Origin: Syntrophorhabdaceae bacterium
GTDB taxonomy: Bacteria > Desulfobacterota > Syntrophorhabdia > Syntrophorhabdales > Syntrophorhabdaceae
Length of the DNA stretch: 64,000 nt
Assembly: GCA_963665295.1 (NCBI GenBank)
Contig: OY762209.1
Span: forward strand, 4,000,001-4,064,000
Direction of reading: 5' to 3'
The translations under genes and the position numbers were made by a program. Shown piece by piece: positions 58,882-64,000 of the stretch. The number at the start of each line of letters is the position of its first letter. The stretch's first letter is position 1. The notes beneath the pieces were generated by a model. It searched no databases, had not been told where the DNA came from, and saw only the letters and a program-made list of their open reading frames with translations.

Positions 58882-59047
58882 ATGAGGACAAATCACCCAT
58901 ATTCCACCGGAATAGAGTCCACTTCCGCTTCGCGGTGTGCATAAGGTCCGCCTTTCAGACCGGACGGTCCTACCCGTGACGCCCGATCCGGTATCACCGG
59001 CCGTGGTCCACTTGAACTTGGTCGTCTCCTGGTGTATTAATCTAGTT

Positions 59048-59707
59048 ATGAAAGAGCAGGAGTCCATCTACAGACAGCTTTCCGGCCTTTCGAAGATCCG
59101 GAAAGACAACCCGCCTCCTCCTCCCGACCCGCCCCCCAAAAAGGTGGAGCCCGATGAGATGACCATCTTTTATGACGCCATGAAGGACGTGAGAGAAATC
59201 GCTCGAAGAAAGGACCGGGTGGCCCCCAAGACCGACAAAAACCACGCTTTCCCTCAGGACGGTTTGGATACGGCGAGGTTGCTCAAAGACGCTATTGACG
59301 ATCACCGCTCCTTCCCGGTGGCCAACCTGCCTGAATATATGGAAGGCCATGTGGAGGGTATAAACCCCCTTACTATGGAAAAACTCAGAAACGGCGAGTT
59401 TTCGGTGCAAAAAACCCTCGACCTCCATGGATACACAGTACCCGATGGGTACCTTCTTTTTCAGGATTTCCTGAAGGAAGCCATACTCTCGGGTCTCAAC
59501 TGCGTGAAAGTGATCCATGGCAGGGGATTGAAATCGAAGGATGGACCGGTTCTTAAGGAAAAACTGAAGGAATGGATTATAAAGGCCATGCACAGAAAAT
59601 GGATTGTCGCCTTTTCGAGCTCCCGGATGTGCGAAGGGGGGCCGGGGGCGACAAGCATACTCCTCCGACGAAAACCAGAGAAGAAAAAGATGCGTATTAC
59701 GGGATGA
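59048..59707 (+). CDS. Smr/MutS2 domain endonuclease family protein
   Basis: KLR.G.F.....LDLHG, CVKVIHGRG..S..GPVLK, AF.S....GGPGA...LL. Confidence 0.9.
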   Translation: MKEQESIYRQLSGLSKIRKDNPPPPPDPPPKKVEPDEMTIFYDAMKDVREIARRKDRVAPKTDKNHAFPQDGLDTARLLKDAIDDHRSFPVANLPEYMEGHVEGINPLTMEKLRNGEFSVQKTLDLHGYTVPDGYLLFQDFLKEAILSGLNCVKVIHGRGLKSKDGPVLKEKLKEWIIKAMHRKWIVAFSSSRMCEGGPGATSILLRRKPEKKKMRITG

Positions 59708-59832
59708 TGCGGCAAGGCCGTTGAGGCAGTCATGGGGCACATGGAGCCTGAATCCGGGTTGTCGCATCGGGGTCCGTAAAAAGAGCTTTAAAATACAACC
59801 TCTTTCTGTTATAAGAAACAAGGAGGAAGAAC

Positions 59833-60633
59833 ATGGACAGAATAGGCATAATCGGACTCGGAAACATGGGCGAGGCAATCCTCAAGGCCCTTCTCCAGTC
59901 CGGGTTCACAAAGGACGACATCCTCTGTATGGAAACAAAGGCCGGGAGGGCCGAATTCATCAGGGAAACATATGGCATCGAATGCACCGCAACACCTGCC
60001 GATCTGACGGCCGGGACGAGCCGCATCATTCTCGCCGTCAAACCTCAAAACTCGACGGAACTTCTGCAGGGCCTCGCGCCCCACCTTCATGAAAAGACGG
60101 TCCTTCTATCCATCATGGCAGGAATCACCACTTCCAATATCCTTTCCCTCGTCGGTAAGCCATCCAAGGTAATAAGGATCATGCCCAACGTCTGCGTAAA
60201 AGTAGGGGAAGGCGCCATAGGCATCACGTCCAATAGCTTCGTCACCGAAGACGAGATGGCGGAGACGAAAAAGGTCTTTGCACCTCTCGGCAAGATGGTG
60301 GAAGTAGGGGAAGATCTTATGGACGCAGTAACTGCTCTGGGGGCAAGCGGGCCTGCTTTTCTCCTCCTTATCCTGGAAGCAATGATCGACGCGGGGGTAA
60401 AAATGGGTATTACCCGGGACAACGCGAGAATCCTGTCGATCCAGGTAGTGAAGGGCACTATCAAAATGCTCGAGGAGGAAAATATGCATCCCACGTTGAT
60501 GAAGGAGATGATTACCTCTCCAGGGGGAACCACCATTGCCGGACTCGCGTCACTGGAAGAAGACGGCGTCAAGGGGATTATGATCAAGGCCATAGAAAAA
60601 GCAAGCAAGAGAGCTAAAGAGCTTTCCCTATGA
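59833..60633 (+). CDS. proC: Pyrroline-5-carboxylate reductase
   Basis: [45 protein letters not shown]. Confidence 0.97.
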   Translation: MDRIGIIGLGNMGEAILKALLQSGFTKDDILCMETKAGRAEFIRETYGIECTATPADLTAGTSRIILAVKPQNSTELLQGLAPHLHEKTVLLSIMAGITTSNILSLVGKPSKVIRIMPNVCVKVGEGAIGITSNSFVTEDEMAETKKVFAPLGKMVEVGEDLMDAVTALGASGPAFLLLILEAMIDAGVKMGITRDNARILSIQVVKGTIKMLEEENMHPTLMKEMITSPGGTTIAGLASLEEDGVKGIMIKAIEKASKRAKELSL

Positions 60634-61283
60634 TGCGCAACGGATATTGGGGTCAAAGACAGACAATGGTCGATACCCAGATCATTGCTCGGGGTGTCAC
60701 GGACAGGAGGGTCATCGACGCCTTTCTGGAAGTGCCGCGCCATCTCTTTCTCGACGAAGTCTTCGCCGCTCAGGCATATGATGACAATCCCCTGCCCATA
60801 GGCGAGAAGCAGACCATTTCCCAGCCTTATATCGTGGCCCTCATGACCGAGTTGCTCGAACTGAAGGGCACAGAGCGCATCCTCGAAATAGGCACCGGCT
60901 CGGGATATCAGACTGCGATCCTCGCACAACTCGCCGAACAGGTCTTCTCCATAGAGAGAATACCGGGTCTGGCAAAAAGGGCGCGGAAGATGTTTGATAA
61001 ACTCGGATACACGAACATCGTGGTTACCATCGGCGACGGTACGCTGGGATGGAAAGAACACGCTCCGTACGATGGAATTATCGTTACCGCGGCAGCGCCG
61101 CGCCCTCCGAGGGCGCTCCTCGACCAACTGGCCCGCGGGGGCAGGATGGTCATCCCCGTGGGCGACGAAATATCGCAAAATCTGATGGTCTACCAAAGGG
61201 AAGACGACGGTCAATTCACGTCGGAAAACAAGGGAGGGTGCAGGTTCGTGAAGCTTATCGGAGAGCAGGGTTGGAAGGATTAA
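60630..61283 (+). CDS. pcm: Protein-L-isoaspartate O-methyltransferase
   Basis: [47 protein letters not shown]. Confidence 0.97.
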   Translation: MMRNGYWGQRQTMVDTQIIARGVTDRRVIDAFLEVPRHLFLDEVFAAQAYDDNPLPIGEKQTISQPYIVALMTELLELKGTERILEIGTGSGYQTAILAQLAEQVFSIERIPGLAKRARKMFDKLGYTNIVVTIGDGTLGWKEHAPYDGIIVTAAAPRPPRALLDQLARGGRMVIPVGDEISQNLMVYQREDDGQFTSENKGGCRFVKLIGEQGWKD

Positions 61284-62146
61284 AGGGAGATAAGAGCATC
61301 GAGGAAGCATCCGAGGCCGGAGAACTTCGGGCCGAAAGACTCTATTTAAGGGATCTGCGCAGACTCTCGATTATCACCAGCGAACAGGAAAGGGCATATG
61401 CCGAAAGGATCTCCGAGGGTGATAAAGAAGCGAGAAAAAAGCTTATCGAGGCCAACCTGAGGCTTGTGGTCAAGATAGCCCGAAAATATATGAATCAGGG
61501 CCTGTCCACCCTTGACCTTATTGAAGAAGGGAATATCGGCCTTATAAGGGCTGTGGAAAAATTTGACCTTTCCAGAAACTGCAGGTTCTCGACTTATGCC
61601 ACCTGGTGGATAAGGCAGGCAGTGGAAAGGGCCATTGCAAACCAGTCGAGGACCGTGAGGCTTCCTATTCACATATCCTCAAAAGTTTACAAGGTTTCGA
61701 AAGCGGTCAATGCCTTGCTTGAAAAACATGGCCGGGAACCCACAGAGGAAGAAATAGCTCACGAAACGGGTCTCTCCGTCGATCTCATCAGCAACCTTTA
61801 CACTATGGTGGTGAGGACCTGTTCCCTGGAAACCATCATTGACGAAGAGGGCAAACTGACCCTCGAGGAGGTTCTGCCCGATACCAACTCGGAAGAACCC
61901 CTGTCGGCCTATGAACAGACGACGAGGGTCGAGGAGATTGCATCGTGGCTCGATACCCTGGGCAGTGATGAGAAGAAAGTCGTAATTCTAAGATACGGAC
62001 TCGATGGTCAGGACCCCCAGACACTCGAATCGGTAGGGAAGGTATTCGGCGTCACCAGGGAAAGAATCAGGCAGATCGAGCAGAAGGCCATAAACAAACT
62101 GAGGAAGATAGTAAAGAGAAAGCATATTGGAACAGAAACCCTCTGA
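61271..62146 (+). CDS. rpoS: RpoS/RpoD-family sigma factor (TTG start inferred)
   Basis: [71 protein letters not shown]; no region 1.1; follows pcm. Confidence 0.82.
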   Translation: MEGLKGDKSIEEASEAGELRAERLYLRDLRRLSIITSEQERAYAERISEGDKEARKKLIEANLRLVVKIARKYMNQGLSTLDLIEEGNIGLIRAVEKFDLSRNCRFSTYATWWIRQAVERAIANQSRTVRLPIHISSKVYKVSKAVNALLEKHGREPTEEEIAHETGLSVDLISNLYTMVVRTCSLETIIDEEGKLTLEEVLPDTNSEEPLSAYEQTTRVEEIASWLDTLGSDEKKVVILRYGLDGQDPQTLESVGKVFGVTRERIRQIEQKAINKLRKIVKRKHIGTETL

Positions 62147-63677
62147 AGCGAAGACCGGAGCAACCCCCCTCACCGACATAGTAAGGAAAGGCTCGATAAT
62201 CACCATAATTACGCTCATCAGCAGACCTATAGGCTATGTCCGGGAGGCTATTCAGGCCTACCTCTTCGGGGCCACTTTCCTTGTCGATGCCTTCATTGTG
62301 GCCTTCAATTTCCCCGAACTGATACAAACGCTCTTCTTTTCGGGAGCGACAAGCGCCTTCCTTATCCCCGTGTGTACGAGGTATATGAAGGACGATAGGG
62401 AGTATTCGGAGATATATTCCACTTTTATCAACCTTTCCATATTGTTGACCCTCTTTGTCTCGCTCCTGTTCCTGATATTCAGCAGCGGAATTGTGCACCT
62501 CATTGCACCGGGTTTTAGTCCCGAAGGGAAAAAGACCACCCAGTACCTCTTTATGATCATGATACCGGTCATTTCATTTCATACACTCCTCTCCATCATG
62601 AAGGCATTTCTCAATGCAAAAGATCATTTCGCGGCACCCGAGATATCCGGCGTGCTTTGGAATATAGTATTCATTCTTTGCGCCCTCACATTAAGCGGAA
62701 AGATAGGGATATACAGTCTTGCCGTGGGAGCAACCGTCGGCTCCATGCTTCAGATTGTCGTGCAGTTCCCCTATATAAGGAAGCTCCACATAACCTACAG
62801 ACCGGTGCTCTCCCTTGGGCACCCCTCCATAAGGGAGGCCAGGAACCTTTTCACGGGGGCCCTTATCGCCACATCGATAGTGCCGGTCAACAGTTTCGTG
62901 GGAAGGATTATCGCATCATACCTTCCCCACGGAGAGGTGGCTTCCCTCTCATACGCGTTCCGCATATTCGTCCTACCCTTTAGCCTCTTTGCCGTGCCCA
63001 TTTATACGGTTATGTTTTCCAAGGTCTCCCGCCTCTTCCATGACAGGAAATGGCAGGATATTTACGCCCACATGGACAGTTCCATAGTCCTTCTCTCCAT
63101 AACCCTGATCCCGTGCACGGTACTGCTTTGTTCTCTTGGCGACGCGTGCGTAAGAGTGCTGTACCAGAGGGGCGCTTTTACCGTTTACGACACCGCCCTC
63201 ACGGGAAGGGCGCTCATGGGCTACAGCGCGGGGTTGATCTTCTACGCCCTGTCCATCTCGTTCGTCAGGATATTCAACGCTCTCCACGATATGAGGACAC
63301 CTGCCATCGTCGGATTGTCTTCCATTGCCATGAACGCGCTCCTTGCCTACGCCCTGATGATACCTTTCAAGAACCTTGGTATTTCTCTTGCCACCTCGAT
63401 CGTTTCCCTTTACAACTTCCTTGTTCTCTTCATTCTTCTGAAAAAGAAGATAGGCTATGTTCCCGGAGTCTCTGCAAGGAAAAAGATCGTCAAATCCCTC
63501 GTCGCGGGCGTTATACTGTTTCCCCTCATACTGGCGGCGAAGTTTCTGGTCCACGGAAAAGCATATCCCTCCCTTTTTTGCGGTCTTGCACTCACTGTCG
63601 TGGTTTATGGTATTTTTTTCAGAAGCTATTACAGCGAACAATTACTGAGAAGGTTCCGGCCGGGCGGAAGGCCGTAA
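62127..63677 (+). CDS. murJ: Lipid II flippase MurJ
   Basis: SR.IGYVRE, DAF.VAF.FP, SAFLIP, L.YAFR...LP, RGAF...DT, F.A..D.RTP, G.SLATS. Confidence 0.92.
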   Translation: MEQKPSEAKTGATPLTDIVRKGSIITIITLISRPIGYVREAIQAYLFGATFLVDAFIVAFNFPELIQTLFFSGATSAFLIPVCTRYMKDDREYSEIYSTFINLSILLTLFVSLLFLIFSSGIVHLIAPGFSPEGKKTTQYLFMIMIPVISFHTLLSIMKAFLNAKDHFAAPEISGVLWNIVFILCALTLSGKIGIYSLAVGATVGSMLQIVVQFPYIRKLHITYRPVLSLGHPSIREARNLFTGALIATSIVPVNSFVGRIIASYLPHGEVASLSYAFRIFVLPFSLFAVPIYTVMFSKVSRLFHDRKWQDIYAHMDSSIVLLSITLIPCTVLLCSLGDACVRVLYQRGAFTVYDTALTGRALMGYSAGLIFYALSISFVRIFNALHDMRTPAIVGLSSIAMNALLAYALMIPFKNLGISLATSIVSLYNFLVLFILLKKKIGYVPGVSARKKIVKSLVAGVILFPLILAAKFLVHGKAYPSLFCGLALTVVVYGIFFRSYYSEQLLRRFRPGGRP

Positions 63678-63697
63678 GAGAATCCCCCGGAAGAGGG

Positions 63698-64000
63698 TTA
63701 CACGTACCACATCTCCATCTCAAAGTTCTCTGAAGGCACGTGGAGCGCGAGATAACCGCGCTTGGGGATCCTGTCCACTATCATCTCCTTGACCTTCAAA
63801 GAGGCCCATATTGCAATCTTATCGCCCCTTTGGGCGTCCAGCGCCTCAAAGGGGACCTCCAGTTCCAGGACATCCGAAAAAGCGATCCTTACAGGCAGGG
63901 AGCTCTCCACTGCCGCCCCTTTCATGCGATATGTGATTTTGCGGGTCTCCTTGGTGAGGAGGCTGATCTCAAAAGACACGTCGTCCATGTCCGCCACGAA
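63698..64000 (-). CDS. C-terminus of a probable GH57-family glycoside hydrolase (5' part outside window)
   Basis: Tail ...LELEVPF..L...DRIP.RGYL...VPSENFEMEMWYV resembles the C-termini of deltaproteobacterial GH57 proteins. Confidence 0.5.
   Translation of the reverse strand, partial: FVADMDDVSFEISLLTKETRKITYRMKGAAVESSLPVRIAFSDVLELEVPFEALDAQRGDKIAIWASLKVKEMIVDRIPKRGYLALHVPSENFEMEMWYV

Noticed and set aside
61049..61270. N-terminal extension of the sigma factor ORF
   Set aside because: It overlaps pcm out of frame. An in-frame TTG with a GGAG RBS at 61271 is the more plausible start.
60087..61310. 407-aa minus-strand ORF, and similar long shadow ORFs (4259-5116, 9659-10555, 31463-32434, 46866-47882)
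   Set aside because: They lie antisense to well-supported genes and have no domain signatures.

Overview
This is a gene-dense bacterial chromosome segment. Gene order and content (ispE-spoVG-tRNA-Gln-prs-rplY-pth, a TIGR03960 radical SAM gene beside rng, nrfA, an acsE-like gene) suggest an anaerobic Deltaproteobacteria/Desulfobacterota-type organism; that assignment is inference. From left to right it contains: hemW 3' end, a phage-type HExxH metallopeptidase, slyD, a PC4-like protein and a divergent ychF; a near-complete type II secretion cluster in two divergent arms (gspFGHIJKLMN and gspCDE, no gspO); tRNA-Val-yebC; tRNA-Ser-SRP RNA-dnaX-ybaB-recR; a giant secreted FecR/DUF6600-like protein with glutenin-like Pro/Gly/Gln repeats; an operon of a multi-TM spermidine-synthase-like protein, AmrS and an AmrB-AmrA fusion (AmmeMemoRadiSam); DUF523-DUF1722, a nitroreductase, a solitary nrfA, a clusterless mutY and gpmA; phoBR-pstS-arsC-pstCAB-phoU with a clear Pho box; a housekeeping block; an XRE-HTH/degenerate nucleotidyl cyclase regulator with a Zn-ribbon membrane protein and an acsE-like gene; then smr, proC-pcm-rpoS-murJ and a GH57 3' end. 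The best candidate for an undescribed system is the apparently exported AmmeMemoRadiSam module (23232-28158): the radical SAM enzyme has a twin-arginine signal, the MEMO-AMMECR1 fusion has a signal peptide, and both are coupled to a membrane SAM-fold protein that lacks the aminopropyltransferase catalytic Asp. No CRISPR array, IS element, integrase or rRNA was seen. All family calls come from motif recognition, not database searches.
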